Assembly: GCA_963932905.1 (NCBI GenBank)
Contig: CAWVRN010000008.1
Span: 66,047 to 130,046 of the forward strand
Length of the DNA: 64,000 nucleotides
Reading direction: 5' to 3'
From: an uncultured Bdellovibrio sp.
Lineage (GTDB): Bacteria; Bdellovibrionota; Bdellovibrionia; Bdellovibrionales; Bdellovibrionaceae
Below the pieces are notes generated by a model that saw nothing but the letters and a program-made list of their open reading frames with translations, did not search any database and was not told the DNA's origin. Positions 49,032-59,662 of this stretch are shown here, one piece after another (position 1 is the first letter of the stretch; every line of letters starts with the position of its first letter). The position numbers were made by a program, and so were the translations under genes.

Positions 49032-49717
49032 AAGACGTTTTTAAAAAAGTACACCTTTCTGATAAAAAGAAAATTTTCAAACGCATTATTGAAGATCGAT
49101 TGGTTTGGTTGGTTAAGACGGAATCCATTGATGTTAAACAAATTGTACCTAATCGGGCGATGGACGACAAAATTGTGGAATGCGAATTCGTTGGCTACGA
49201 TGAGTTCGATTTAAAAAACGCCGAAATGGGTGTGATCAGTATTAATAAGGGTGAAGATCGCTATTTCTTTTACGGGCTTGTTACAGTAAATAACGGTCGT
49301 GTCTATGTCGAAACCCAGGGTGATTTGTTTTATCTTCAGCGCAGAAAATCGGCACGGCTTGAATTTCCGGAAAACTATTCTGCTACGTGTAGAATTGTCG
49401 ATTATAAAGGAAAAGCCTTACCCTTTGAATGTAACATAGTCGACATTTCAAGTGGCGGGTGTAAACTGCATATGATGTCGCTAGAACCTCTGATTTGGCC
49501 GGGAGCTATTCTAAAAATGAAACTAACACTCGGACATCGATCGGCTTTTGATATTACGGGTGAAGTTCGGCATGTTAAGCCCGTTCGTGATCTTTCAGAA
49601 TTGCCGCAGGTAATGGGAATACAGTTCATCAGCACAGACGCGATGTTTGCTGGGCGAATGCTGAATTTGTACATGGACGTGCAACGTGAAATTTTCCTAA
49701 AACAAGTCAGAAAATAG
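49028..49717 (+). CDS. PilZ-domain (YcgR-like) c-di-GMP receptor
   Basis: QRRKSAR and DISSGG; paralog of the preceding gene; ATGA overlap. Confidence 0.88.
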   Translation: MKDVFKKVHLSDKKKIFKRIIEDRLVWLVKTESIDVKQIVPNRAMDDKIVECEFVGYDEFDLKNAEMGVISINKGEDRYFFYGLVTVNNGRVYVETQGDLFYLQRRKSARLEFPENYSATCRIVDYKGKALPFECNIVDISSGGCKLHMMSLEPLIWPGAILKMKLTLGHRSAFDITGEVRHVKPVRDLSELPQVMGIQFISTDAMFAGRMLNLYMDVQREIFLKQVRK

Positions 49718-49828
49718 AACTTAAGACTATTGCCAGACCTTTATCCAGGTGTGGTTTTTGTTGGTGGTCTCACTTTGGTCGCTGGGCCCCGCAAATTTGA
49801 CTAATAACGGTAGTTTTGGACTTCGATT

Positions 49829-49857
49829 TTGCCATTATTTTCCGGTACCATTATACT
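49829..49857 (+). promoter_or_regulatory. Candidate sigma-70 promoter of slt
   Basis: TTGCCA-N17-TATACT. Confidence 0.6.
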
Positions 49858-49901
49858 AGCTACATCATAATCTTTAATACCCTTACGGACGAGGCGATAC
49901 G

Positions 49902-52334
49902 ATGCAATTACGAGCTATATTTTTGCTAGCGTTATTTTTATTTTCAACGCTGGAATTAAATTCGCAGTCCGATCTTTTTTCTAAGACACGAATTTTCCTG
50001 CAAGACGGTAAATGGGATAAACTCGTTGAAGCTATTGATAACGATTTGGCTAAATCGCAAGCGTCAGAAAAAGACCTAATGTTATTCCAAAAGGCCTACG
50101 CTCTATTTCAAATGGAAAAAATGGGTGATTCCGAAGCGGTATTTGCTGAATTAAAAGGTAAAAACAAATTACTTTCTGAATATGTTTTGTTTTATTTGGG
50201 ACAGATTTATCTAAATAAAAAAGACAATGCAAAAGCCAAAGAAAATTTTTCGGCGATTCTGGACGGTAAGCCGAATATTCGTTTAAAAAATGAAACAATG
50301 TTGTTCCTAAGTCGTATTCAAACGGAAGAAAAGAACTACAAAGTATCGCACGAGCTGCTTCAAAAACTAGAGAAAGCAACACGTGGAACCGAACAGCATC
50401 CATTTATTCTGCTAGATCTGGCAACGATTGAAGATCAGCTAAATATGAATGATAAAAAGTGCACGCGTTTGGTTAAACTTTACACTCAATACCCACAATT
50501 CGAAAAAATTGCAAACTGGGGTTATAATTTAACTTTGAATCAAGTGAACGCTAAAGATTCTAAATGCGCGTGGGAAATTGATGATTTTAAAAAGCGCGTA
50601 CGCAATAGTTTGTGGGCAGGACAAGAAAAGAAAGCCCTAGAAGAAATTCTGAGTTTCAAAAAAGACTTCCAAGGTAAGTATGATTTCGACGCGGACAAAA
50701 TTTTAGCGATGTACCATGCACAGGAAGGCGATCTTGAAAAAGCCTATGGAATTTTGAAAAAATATTTGGCTGAAAAAGAAAACGATTTTGAATTCTTAAA
50801 TCAGCTGGCGCCGATTGCGGCTCGATCAGGTGATTTGAATACCGCTGTTTCGTTATATTACAAAAGTTTCCAAATGCAGAAGAAGACATCAAAAGGTCAG
50901 CAGGCCTTGTTTCAGGCCGCATTCATGTCATATCAACTGCGTGACTACGATTGGGCGACTCGCAAATTTAAAGATTTCTTAAAACTTTCTAAAAACGAAA
51001 AATTAAACAAAGAATCCCAGTGGTATCTGGCCTGGATGAAGTATCTTCGCGGTGAGTATCATCATGCTTTTAATGATTTCAAAAAATTAGCAACAGTAAA
51101 AAACAAAAAGAGATATCGTTCATTAAGTGCTGAACGTCTGAACTATTGGATGGGTATGGCGCTTTATCGTGAAGGCAAATTCGAAAAATCTAAAATTTAT
51201 TTCGAACGTCTAACCGCAGATCGTAGCAAAGGCTACTATTCGGTAGCAGCCACTAAACGATTAGAAAAAATGGAAGCAGAACAGAAGGGACAAGAAAAAA
51301 TTGCTAGTGTGATTGTGAAGGAAGAAAACACTAGCTCGAATCTTGTCACTCACTTCCGTAAGGGTTTTGATTCCCGCATGATGGCTTCGATCAAAGAAGC
51401 ACCTGTTGAAGAGTATGTATCTACAGCGGATGCGCAAGAACCTGAAGAAGAAGCTGATCCGATGGAAATAGACAAACCAGATGAGAAAGTGGCCGAAAAT
51501 GAAGAGAGTCCGTTTAAAACTCCGGACTTTGTTGAAAAATTTGAAAAATCGCGAGCTTTGGCGACATTGGGTTTAGATTTTTGGTCGAAATGGGAACTAT
51601 ATGAAATTGAAAAGCGCACTAAAAATAAAGAATATTTAAAAGTACTTCTTAACGAATACGCCCAAGTCGGCCAGTATCATCGTATGAGTCACATCAGCCA
51701 AATTTATTTCGGTGGACAAAAGACTCGCTTAGGAATCGAGCAAGGGCGTGGTTTGTGGGAGTATTCGTTTCCTAAAGCTTATCCCAGCTTAGTCGATCGT
51801 TATTCTAAAGAATTTCAAGTCCCACGCGAACTTGTGTGGAGTATTATGAGGGCGGAAAGCCAGTATAAAAAAGAAGCGATATCACCGGTAGGGGCGCTTG
51901 GTTTGATGCAGGTGATGCCATATACGGGAAATCGAGTGGCTGAAATTTTAGGCGATAAGACATTTACTCCAAAGCAGCTTCTAGAGCCAGACGCCGCGAT
52001 AAAGATTGGTACAAAATATTTGCAACGCCTGAACCGAAAATTTAATCAAGCACTGCCACTGGTAGCGGCCAGCTACAATGCCGGGCCACATCGTGTGAAA
52101 AATTGGTTACAGCAGTTCGGTAATTTAGAAACGGATGAATTTATCGAACATATTCCGTTTTTAGAGACTCGTAATTACGTTAAGAAAGTAATCGCGAATA
52201 GTTATATCTATTCTGAATTGTACGGCGAAAGAAAAGAGAAGAAGGTTCCCGATTTAGTTCCGTACTTGGCAGAAAAAGTTCCATTTAACTATAGAGATCG
52301 CGCACCAACACGTGAGACGTGGGAAGAAATTTAA
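49902..52334 (+). CDS. slt: Soluble lytic murein transglycosylase with TPR repeats (Slt70-like)
   Basis: Signal peptide, TPR helices, IMRAES, SPVGALGLMQVMP, ASYNAG, IPFLETRNYVKKV. Confidence 0.92.
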   Translation: MQLRAIFLLALFLFSTLELNSQSDLFSKTRIFLQDGKWDKLVEAIDNDLAKSQASEKDLMLFQKAYALFQMEKMGDSEAVFAELKGKNKLLSEYVLFYLGQIYLNKKDNAKAKENFSAILDGKPNIRLKNETMLFLSRIQTEEKNYKVSHELLQKLEKATRGTEQHPFILLDLATIEDQLNMNDKKCTRLVKLYTQYPQFEKIANWGYNLTLNQVNAKDSKCAWEIDDFKKRVRNSLWAGQEKKALEEILSFKKDFQGKYDFDADKILAMYHAQEGDLEKAYGILKKYLAEKENDFEFLNQLAPIAARSGDLNTAVSLYYKSFQMQKKTSKGQQALFQAAFMSYQLRDYDWATRKFKDFLKLSKNEKLNKESQWYLAWMKYLRGEYHHAFNDFKKLATVKNKKRYRSLSAERLNYWMGMALYREGKFEKSKIYFERLTADRSKGYYSVAATKRLEKMEAEQKGQEKIASVIVKEENTSSNLVTHFRKGFDSRMMASIKEAPVEEYVSTADAQEPEEEADPMEIDKPDEKVAENEESPFKTPDFVEKFEKSRALATLGLDFWSKWELYEIEKRTKNKEYLKVLLNEYAQVGQYHRMSHISQIYFGGQKTRLGIEQGRGLWEYSFPKAYPSLVDRYSKEFQVPRELVWSIMRAESQYKKEAISPVGALGLMQVMPYTGNRVAEILGDKTFTPKQLLEPDAAIKIGTKYLQRLNRKFNQALPLVAASYNAGPHRVKNWLQQFGNLETDEFIEHIPFLETRNYVKKVIANSYIYSELYGERKEKKVPDLVPYLAEKVPFNYRDRAPTRETWEEI

Positions 52335-52339
52335 AAATA

Positions 52340-53260
52340 ATGTTTTCCCTAGCGGGTTCATTTGTAAAACCACTATTGGATTTAGTATTTAAATTTGTTT
52401 TAAATTTTCATCTGCTATTGGTGATTATCTTTTCCATATTTTACTTTGTTCCTGGGGCTTACATCGACGATGAACACATCGTCGAGCAGGCAGCTCATAA
52501 TCTACCAGAAAAGAAATATTTTTTTTTTAGTCTAAAAGAGTCGTTGATTGATTTCTATACATTAGATTTTGGAGTGACATACCATAACCACAATCTGAAG
52601 GTGACGGACCTAATTTGGAATAAGGCACTATTTAGCTTTCATTATCTTGGCATTGCCATAGCGGTACTTTTTTCATTGTCTATCTTTGTTTCTTTCCTGA
52701 TTGTTAAATCAAGGCGTCGTCGCTATTTTCTTTCGATCTTGCGATTTTTGAACCAGATTCCGCAGTTGGTGATGATACCTTTGGTAATTTATATATTTTC
52801 CTATTTATTCAGTATTGTGCCTTTGAAGTTTGATCCCTATAGTGCCTCCTGCATCGTTTTTGTTGTTGCAACGTTATTGATTAAACCCCTAGGTCAGTTG
52901 ATTCAGTTGACGGTCGAAAAATGGCAAAAAGAAACTTCAGAAGTTTATGTGCAATTTGCTCGATCAAAAGGGCTCAGTCGCAATCGAGTTTTTATTGTGC
53001 ACATGTTTAAAAACATTGCGAATTCATTTCTGGGCTATTTTTTGACTATCGTACTGCAGTTGTTGACCGGAAATTTTATTTTGGAAAGCTTGTATTCGAT
53101 CCCTGGGTTTGGCTTAGGATTCATGGACGCGGTTTCACAGCGTGATTTACCGATGGTGATTGGATATCTGTTTTTATTTTCAAGCCTCTATCTAATGTTA
53201 CATTTTTTGGTTCAGATGCTGTTTCTATATTTGAATCCGCGTTTAAAGGATAACCTATGA
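52340..53260 (+). CDS. Oligopeptide/dipeptide ABC transporter permease (OppB/DppB-like), divergent
   Basis: LDFGVTY, YVQFARSKGLS...HMFKN (EAA region), ILESLYSIPGFG, RDLP, LNPRL. Confidence 0.85.
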   Translation: MFSLAGSFVKPLLDLVFKFVLNFHLLLVIIFSIFYFVPGAYIDDEHIVEQAAHNLPEKKYFFFSLKESLIDFYTLDFGVTYHNHNLKVTDLIWNKALFSFHYLGIAIAVLFSLSIFVSFLIVKSRRRRYFLSILRFLNQIPQLVMIPLVIYIFSYLFSIVPLKFDPYSASCIVFVVATLLIKPLGQLIQLTVEKWQKETSEVYVQFARSKGLSRNRVFIVHMFKNIANSFLGYFLTIVLQLLTGNFILESLYSIPGFGLGFMDAVSQRDLPMVIGYLFLFSSLYLMLHFLVQMLFLYLNPRLKDNL

Positions 53261-54045
53261 AGCGGTATTTTCCCCTAGGATTAGTTTTGGCTCTTTGTAT
53301 CTACCCATTTTTTGCGCGTGATTTTTTTATGGATATCGATTCCACTAAAATATTTCTGATGCCCGGTAGTGGTCACTGGGGTGGCATGGATTCTTTGGGT
53401 CGCGATCTTCTGCAACGTTCGTTAGTAGGTGCGGGTATTTCATTGTTGATATGTTTCTTTTCTTTGTTTCTAACGTATTCGATAGGTTTGGTGATTGGCA
53501 GTATTTTGTCGGTTTTGAACCGCAGCAATCATTTAGTTATTTTTGTTTTGGATGTTTTCGATTCTATTCCCAATTTTTTATTGGTGGCGCTGTTTTCCAT
53601 TTTGATAAATCGTGGTTTATCAAGTGGTGTTTCTCCATCGGCTTCGTTTTTTGTGCTGGTTATCTCTATCGGATTGGCTGCTTGGCCGCCGATTGCTCGT
53701 AATGTAAGACTAGAAATTTTACAATTGCGTGGTCGTGAATATCTAAGCGCTGCCGTTCTGGCTGGGGGGAGTTTTGCCTACATCGTACGTGTTCACTATA
53801 TAAGAGCTTTGTGGCCATGGTTGCGGACATCGATTACCCACAGTATTCCCCAATTTTTGCTTATAGAGAGCATATTGTCTTTTACTGGTTTTGGTATGGG
53901 CCCACAGCACGCAACTTTAGGGTATTTAATATATGAGGGCTGGAAAAATGCGTTGCTCTATCCACATTTGTTTTTGGTCCCCGCATCTGTCTTGTGTGTG
54001 GTTGTTTTTATACTAACCACAGGCATTCAAGAAAGTAAAACTTAA
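53257..54045 (+). CDS. Oligopeptide/dipeptide ABC transporter permease (OppC/DppC-like)
   Basis: HWGGMDSLGRDLL, ARNVR, EYLSAA...GG, ESILSFTGFG. Confidence 0.87.
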   Translation: MKRYFPLGLVLALCIYPFFARDFFMDIDSTKIFLMPGSGHWGGMDSLGRDLLQRSLVGAGISLLICFFSLFLTYSIGLVIGSILSVLNRSNHLVIFVLDVFDSIPNFLLVALFSILINRGLSSGVSPSASFFVLVISIGLAAWPPIARNVRLEILQLRGREYLSAAVLAGGSFAYIVRVHYIRALWPWLRTSITHSIPQFLLIESILSFTGFGMGPQHATLGYLIYEGWKNALLYPHLFLVPASVLCVVVFILTTGIQESKT

Positions 54046-54116
54046 GTCCTTTAGAATCTTCACAAATATTTGTTTTAGTTGCTTTATTTCCAGATTGAAC
54101 TTATTTATTTGGAACG

Positions 54117-54758
54117 ATGAGTTTAGTTTTAGATGTTCATAACCTGACTGTGTTTCGCAATAATAAAAAAGTTTTCGATAACTTTAATTTTCAGGTTAAA
54201 TCGGGAACATTAGTTACGCTGACGGGTAGCAACGGAAGTGGCAAGTCGACTTTGATAAAAAGCGTGCTTGGGTTGATTCCTTTTTCCGGTCATGTTCATC
54301 GTTATACAAATGAAATTGGCTATCTTCCCCAGTCTCACCTTATCGATCGCAGTTTTCCAGTTACAGTAAGTGAATTCATTGGATTTGGTTTTCGTACTAA
54401 GAAGAAGGATGACACTATAATTTCGAGCATCATGGACGAAATTTCTATTTCTCATTTAAAAGATCAGCTGCTGGCGGATTTATCTCAGGGCGAATTTCAA
54501 AAAGTATTGCTGTCTAGAAGTTTGGTTGAAAATCCTAAGCTATTAGTTTTGGATGAACCATTTTCTAATATCGATGAAAAGTCGGCGGAAGTTTTAAAAG
54601 AAAATCTTCTGAAGCGTAAGAGTTCTGGTACGTCCATTTTATTGTCCATCCACGATTCTAATTTTGTAAAATCATACAGTGATCAAATCATTCCATTAGG
54701 CGGGCAGAAAACCAATTTCGTAGATCATTGTTTGCATGATCACGGAGACGTCAAGTGA
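54117..54758 (+). CDS. Zn/Mn ABC transporter ATP-binding protein (ZnuC-like)
   Basis: GSNGSGKST, IGYLPQ, FPVTV, LSQGEFQ, LDEPF; His-rich tail DHCLHDH. Confidence 0.88.
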   Translation: MSLVLDVHNLTVFRNNKKVFDNFNFQVKSGTLVTLTGSNGSGKSTLIKSVLGLIPFSGHVHRYTNEIGYLPQSHLIDRSFPVTVSEFIGFGFRTKKKDDTIISSIMDEISISHLKDQLLADLSQGEFQKVLLSRSLVENPKLLVLDEPFSNIDEKSAEVLKENLLKRKSSGTSILLSIHDSNFVKSYSDQIIPLGGQKTNFVDHCLHDHGDVK

Positions 54759-56437
54759 ATCTGTTTCAATCGATTCTTCAAGATTATGATTTGTACGTCA
54801 ACGCACTGGTGGCCAGTTTGTTGATCAGTTATGCGGCGGCACCCATCGGTGTATTCTTGAACCTAAAGCGTATGACTTTGATGGGCGAAGCCATCAGTCA
54901 TTCGTTACTGCCAGGGTTTGCATTAGCTTTCATGCTGTATGGAATGTCGTATGCCGGATTGATTTTGGGCGGTTTATTCGCAGGTATGTTGGTTTTAGGT
55001 CTGATGATGGGTTTGAATAAATTTGTCACAATCAAAGAAGACGGTGTGCTAACGGTTGTGTATTTAACTTTCAGTGCGCTGGGTTTGTTAATTGTGCTAA
55101 AATCGGGAATAAAAATTGATCTTTCACATATACTTGTCGGAAATATTCTTCTAATAGACAATGTTTGGCTGTTGATTTTATTTGTATCTAGCTTGCTGAT
55201 TCGTTTTATTTTCAGCCGCATCAGAAAAAATCTTTTGATAGTTTTAATGGATCCCGAATATGCCCAATTTCTTGGGATTCCTATTCAACAAGTAAAAAGC
55301 ATTTTTTATTTCCTAGTATTGTGGATACTAGTTCTTTGTTTCTATTCTGTGGGAACTCTATTAGCACTCGGGTTGCTGTTAGTACCTGCTTTAGTTGGTA
55401 AAGTCCTTGTTAAGCCTATTCAAAAACAAATTCACTATACGCTGGCTATCGGGGTGATAATGAGTATTTTAGGTTTGATCCTGTCTGTAGGATTGGATTG
55501 GCCGACAGGACCCACCATTATTTTAGGTGGTGGAATTTTATTTATCCTTGCTGTGGCGATCCGCCCCAGTGCTATGAAAATTTTGGTATTGGGACTGCTT
55601 GCCTTAGGATTTCATCCGCGTGCAGAAGCAGGAATAGTAACGAATCTACAGCCTAAGAATCAGATCCTACTATCTAGCCCTTATTTAAAATTATTCATCA
55701 ATCATCTAGTCAAAGCCGAAGATAAATTAGCCGTCGAAACATTGATCCCCGACGATCAATCGATTCACAATTATCAGCTTAAACCATCAGATCTTAAGAA
55801 AATTAAACACGCTAAAGTTTTCTTATACGTTGGAAATGGTTTAGAAGAAGGTCTTAAAGACCAAGTGGCCAAAGTAAATATCGAGGTCAAATTTGTAAAT
55901 TTAACTGCGGTAGGGAAAACCACCAGTACTCAAGACGTTCATTTTTGGTTGAATCCAGAATGGACGATGACAATATTGGAATCTTTTAAAACGGCATTAA
56001 TTGCAGAACGACCTGATCTTAAACCTGTAATAGAAACTCGTTTTGAACACGCGCGCAAAGAATTGTCGGATTACACCAAACAGACGCAGGATAAGTTTCA
56101 ATCTTTGAAGGGGCGATCTATTTTGATCAGCCATAATTCACTTTATTTTTTGCGCAACCTTTTAGGTATCAACGTTTATTTCTACACTCAGAGCACAAGC
56201 CCGAGTGACGTGGTAAATTTGAAGAAATATTTGAAAGACAACAAAGTGCCATTGGTGAAAGAATACGGCACTGTCGATTTCCTGCTGGAAAGTCTGGTCA
56301 AAGAGTATCAACGATCGTATTCTGGTGAAGTTTTTGGTGAAATCATTCCACCTGAGTTTTACGAGTCAAAATCCTATTTAGATTTGTTAAAACAGAATCT
56401 GGACGTAATCTACGCTATTCTTAAAAAAGATGCTTAA
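54755..56437 (+). CDS. Fused Zn/Mn ABC permease (ZnuB-like) and substrate-binding protein (ZnuA-like)
   Basis: Residues 1-273 are an ABC-3 permease (GEAISHSLLPG, LVGNIL, PTGPTII). From Met274 (55574) there is a signal-like MKILVLGLLALG..RAEA, then IHNYQLKPSD, GNGLE, DVHFWLNP, SHNS. Confidence 0.85.
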   Translation: MNLFQSILQDYDLYVNALVASLLISYAAAPIGVFLNLKRMTLMGEAISHSLLPGFALAFMLYGMSYAGLILGGLFAGMLVLGLMMGLNKFVTIKEDGVLTVVYLTFSALGLLIVLKSGIKIDLSHILVGNILLIDNVWLLILFVSSLLIRFIFSRIRKNLLIVLMDPEYAQFLGIPIQQVKSIFYFLVLWILVLCFYSVGTLLALGLLLVPALVGKVLVKPIQKQIHYTLAIGVIMSILGLILSVGLDWPTGPTIILGGGILFILAVAIRPSAMKILVLGLLALGFHPRAEAGIVTNLQPKNQILLSSPYLKLFINHLVKAEDKLAVETLIPDDQSIHNYQLKPSDLKKIKHAKVFLYVGNGLEEGLKDQVAKVNIEVKFVNLTAVGKTTSTQDVHFWLNPEWTMTILESFKTALIAERPDLKPVIETRFEHARKELSDYTKQTQDKFQSLKGRSILISHNSLYFLRNLLGINVYFYTQSTSPSDVVNLKKYLKDNKVPLVKEYGTVDFLLESLVKEYQRSYSGEVFGEIIPPEFYESKSYLDLLKQNLDVIYAILKKDA

Positions 56438-57897
56438 GTGAAAAACTCTGGAGGCTGCCAACCCCCAAACGCAGATTCCAATTCATTAGCTACTTTGATT
56501 GTCAGTACGTCGTTGCCCCAGGCTCCAACAACCTGAACACCAATTGGCATATTGCTAGAATCCAGTCCCATTGGAACTTGAGTGACCGGAACTTCAAGTG
56601 CATTGAATATTCCAGCATAAATAAAATCGAATGGCGACAAGAATAGCTGATTGTGATACGGCGCTGATCGCGGCTGTGTTGGAAACAAAAGAACCGCATG
56701 TTCACCCAGCAATTGATTTATCTCTGATTTAAACAAGCGTAGTTTCTCTTGATTGCGCTCGACAGATTCCGAATCATGCACCCGACCATCAAGCTGACTT
56801 AAAATAAAAGCGGGTAACGTGTGATTTGATTTTCCCAAGATCAATTTAGATAGTTCTTCTACTGGATTTATGGTCTTGTTAGGCGAAATCAATTCGCCGA
56901 ACGAGGCACGATTAGATCCACTTAGACGGCTTGACCATAACATCAAGGCGTCTCTAAAAAATCCCGATTTGATTTCAATAACAGGGTGACCCAACTGTTC
57001 AAAGTATTTAGCGGCGTTTTCAACGGCTTTTCCCACGTCATTGTTTGTGCGAGTTGTTCCGTGAATTTGTGGATCAGCAAGGACATAAACTTTTTTAAGC
57101 ACTGGTTTTTTATTTAGTAATTCTGTGTGATTATTCACAGCTTGTTTGTCGATAGAATCCGCGCCGGAAATAATTTTCAGTATCGGTAGCAAATCTTCGG
57201 CTTTTCGAACCATCGGTCCAATTGTTGTCAAAGGGTATTCTGATTCATTCAAATCCGCCAATTTTGATTTTGAATTGGGGAAATGGCCAGTCAGTGGAAC
57301 TAATTTGTAGGATGGCTTGTGGCCAAAGATCCCACAGAAAAATGCTGGAATACGAATGCTGCCACCGATATCGCTACCTAAGCCGATAGGGCTGGCGCCT
57401 AGTCCGATGATCGAGCCTTCGCCGCCACTGCTGCCGCCCGAAGTTTTTTTCTCGTTATACGGGTTTTTCGTACGCCCATAGATTGTGTTTTTAGTTTCAA
57501 ACCAAAAGCCAAATTCAGGAACATTGGTAGTTCCAAGCATTACCATGTCTTCAGCATCAACGCGTTCGACACATGTACCTGTTTCGTCAGCGACGTCGTC
57601 TTTATGATAATGGTTGCCACCAGTACGATGAAAGCCAGTCACTGATATCATTTCTTTGCATGTATAAGGAACACCATAGTATGGTTTTGATTTTAAATCG
57701 TGTTTCTTAAGTTCGTTGTCTAATTTTTTGGCTTTGGCTAGGCCTCTGTCACGGTTGTTTTCAACAACCGCATTCAAGACAGGATTAAATCGAGAAATGA
57801 GCTGAGAGTGTATTTGGAAAACTTCCTCGACGGAAATTTTCTTACTTTTGATCAGCTCACCGATTTGTAGACCGCTTTTTTTTAATACCTCTTCCAT
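56434..57897 (-). CDS. Amidase-signature family protein (FAAH2-like)
   Basis: GVPYTCKE, TNVPE, GGSSGGEG, GSDIGGSIRIPAFFCGIFGHKPS. Confidence 0.93.
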   Translation of the reverse strand: MEEVLKKSGLQIGELIKSKKISVEEVFQIHSQLISRFNPVLNAVVENNRDRGLAKAKKLDNELKKHDLKSKPYYGVPYTCKEMISVTGFHRTGGNHYHKDDVADETGTCVERVDAEDMVMLGTTNVPEFGFWFETKNTIYGRTKNPYNEKKTSGGSSGGEGSIIGLGASPIGLGSDIGGSIRIPAFFCGIFGHKPSYKLVPLTGHFPNSKSKLADLNESEYPLTTIGPMVRKAEDLLPILKIISGADSIDKQAVNNHTELLNKKPVLKKVYVLADPQIHGTTRTNNDVGKAVENAAKYFEQLGHPVIEIKSGFFRDALMLWSSRLSGSNRASFGELISPNKTINPVEELSKLILGKSNHTLPAFILSQLDGRVHDSESVERNQEKLRLFKSEINQLLGEHAVLLFPTQPRSAPYHNQLFLSPFDFIYAGIFNALEVPVTQVPMGLDSSNMPIGVQVVGAWGNDVLTIKVANELESAFGGWQPPEFFT

Positions 57898-57966
57898 GAT
57901 ACACCTGCTGCTTTTTCAAACCATGACAAAGCTAAAGTATAGTTAGTTGAATACTTATTTCTTCAA

Positions 57967-59067
57967 CTAAACGTTAAATCTGAAAAATAAAATATCGCCG
58001 TCTTTTACAAGATATTCTTTGCCTTCAATACGGTATTTGCCTGCATCTTTGACGGCTTGTTCTGATTTATAATTAAACAAATCCTCGCAGTGGTATGTTT
58101 CTGCGCGGATGAATCCTTTTTCAAAGTCAGTATGAATTACGCCAGCTGCTTGAGGCGCCTTCATGCCTTTCTTGATCGTCCATGCACGCACTTCTTTTTC
58201 ACCCGCAGTGAAATAAGTGTACAATCCTAACAAGAAATAAGCTTCGCGAATTAAGCGCGCTAAGCCGGGCTCCGTTGCCCCCATTGATTGCAGAAATTCT
58301 TTGCGATCTTCGGGTGGGAGTTGGGCAATTTCAGCTTCCATCGCAGAGCAAAGCATAACTGTTTTGTTGTTTTCTTCCGCGGCACGCTTTTCAACTGAAC
58401 GAACCCAGTCGTTGCCACCCTTAGAGAAATCCACATCGGAAACGTTGCACGCATAAAGAACAGGTTTAGATGTTAACAAATGTAATTCTTTGTAAATAGT
58501 GGCTTCAGAATCGTCTGGAGTTACCGAGCGGGCAGGAAGACCTTTAGCCAATGCTTCGTGAACTTTTTTAACGATGGAATGTTCAGCTAAAACTTTTTTA
58601 TCTGTAGAATTTTTTGCCAATTTTTCTACTCGTTGAAGACGTTTTTCCATAGAATCCAAATCGGCGAGCATCAATTCGGTATTAATAACTTCCATATCGC
58701 GAAGGGGATCAACGCTGCCATTTACATGGATGATATTTGGGTCGTCAAAACAACGTACCACGTGAACGATCGCATCGGTTTGACGAATATGACTTAGGAA
58801 TTGATTTCCTAAACCTTCACCTTTAGAGGCACCTTTAACGATGCCGGCGATATCGACGAATTCGATTGTCGTTGGAACTACGCTTTGAGGTTTGATGAAT
58901 TGAGTGATTTTCTCTAGACGGATATCAGGAACTGTAACAACCCCAACGTTTGGATCGATAGTACAGAATGGATAGTTAGCTGCTTCGGCTTTGGCTGATG
59001 TCAGCGCATTGAATAGGGTACTTTTTCCTACGTTTGGTAAACCTACGATGCCTACTTGTAATGCCAT
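57967..59067 (-). CDS. ychF: Ribosome-binding ATPase YchF
   Basis: [40 protein letters not shown]. Confidence 0.98.
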   Translation of the reverse strand: MALQVGIVGLPNVGKSTLFNALTSAKAEAANYPFCTIDPNVGVVTVPDIRLEKITQFIKPQSVVPTTIEFVDIAGIVKGASKGEGLGNQFLSHIRQTDAIVHVVRCFDDPNIIHVNGSVDPLRDMEVINTELMLADLDSMEKRLQRVEKLAKNSTDKKVLAEHSIVKKVHEALAKGLPARSVTPDDSEATIYKELHLLTSKPVLYACNVSDVDFSKGGNDWVRSVEKRAAEENNKTVMLCSAMEAEIAQLPPEDRKEFLQSMGATEPGLARLIREAYFLLGLYTYFTAGEKEVRAWTIKKGMKAPQAAGVIHTDFEKGFIRAETYHCEDLFNYKSEQAVKDAGKYRIEGKEYLVKDGDILFFRFNV

Positions 59068-59096
59068 ATGATCCTCTTTAAGCTAGTTAGCTTAAT

Positions 59097-59657
59097 CTAA
59101 TTAAATTTGTTGGCGGCTTTAGCATAACCGTCAATGATGATACTCTCAAGTGCTTGTGTTGATTGTGCCAAAAGTTCAGCTAGGGCGTCTTGTTGATCTT
59201 TGCCAAAGTTTTGTAACACAAAATCAGCTACATTCATTTCTGGTACGGGCGGACGTCCAACTCCCAGGCGCAGGCGAATATAATCGTTCGTGCCTAATTT
59301 AGCTGTGATATCCCTGATACCATTATGGCCGCCATGACCGCGGGCTTTCTGAACTTTGATCTTACCCATCGGTTGATCAATTTCGTCATGAACTACAATC
59401 AGTCGATCCAATGGAACTTTGAAAAAGCTAACGACTTCTTGTACAGAATCTCCGGACAGATTCATGTACGTCATTGGCTTAAGGACCAAAATATCTTCGT
59501 CTTTTGATTTTAATTTAAGAAATTCGGCCTTGAATTCTGATTTGAACGACTTCGCTTTGTCAGGCCCTACAAACGAATCAACCGCCAAAAACCCTACGTT
59601 ATGGCGGTTGAATTTATATTGCGAACCTGGATTACCCAGTCCGACGATTAACCACAT
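59097..59657 (-). CDS. pth: Peptidyl-tRNA hydrolase
   Basis: VGLGNPG..Y..NRHNVGF, KPMTYMNLSG, GGHNG. Confidence 0.97.
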   Translation of the reverse strand: MWLIVGLGNPGSQYKFNRHNVGFLAVDSFVGPDKAKSFKSEFKAEFLKLKSKDEDILVLKPMTYMNLSGDSVQEVVSFFKVPLDRLIVVHDEIDQPMGKIKVQKARGHGGHNGIRDITAKLGTNDYIRLRLGVGRPPVPEMNVADFVLQNFGKDQQDALAELLAQSTQALESIIIDGYAKAANKFN

Positions 59658-59662
59658 GAATA

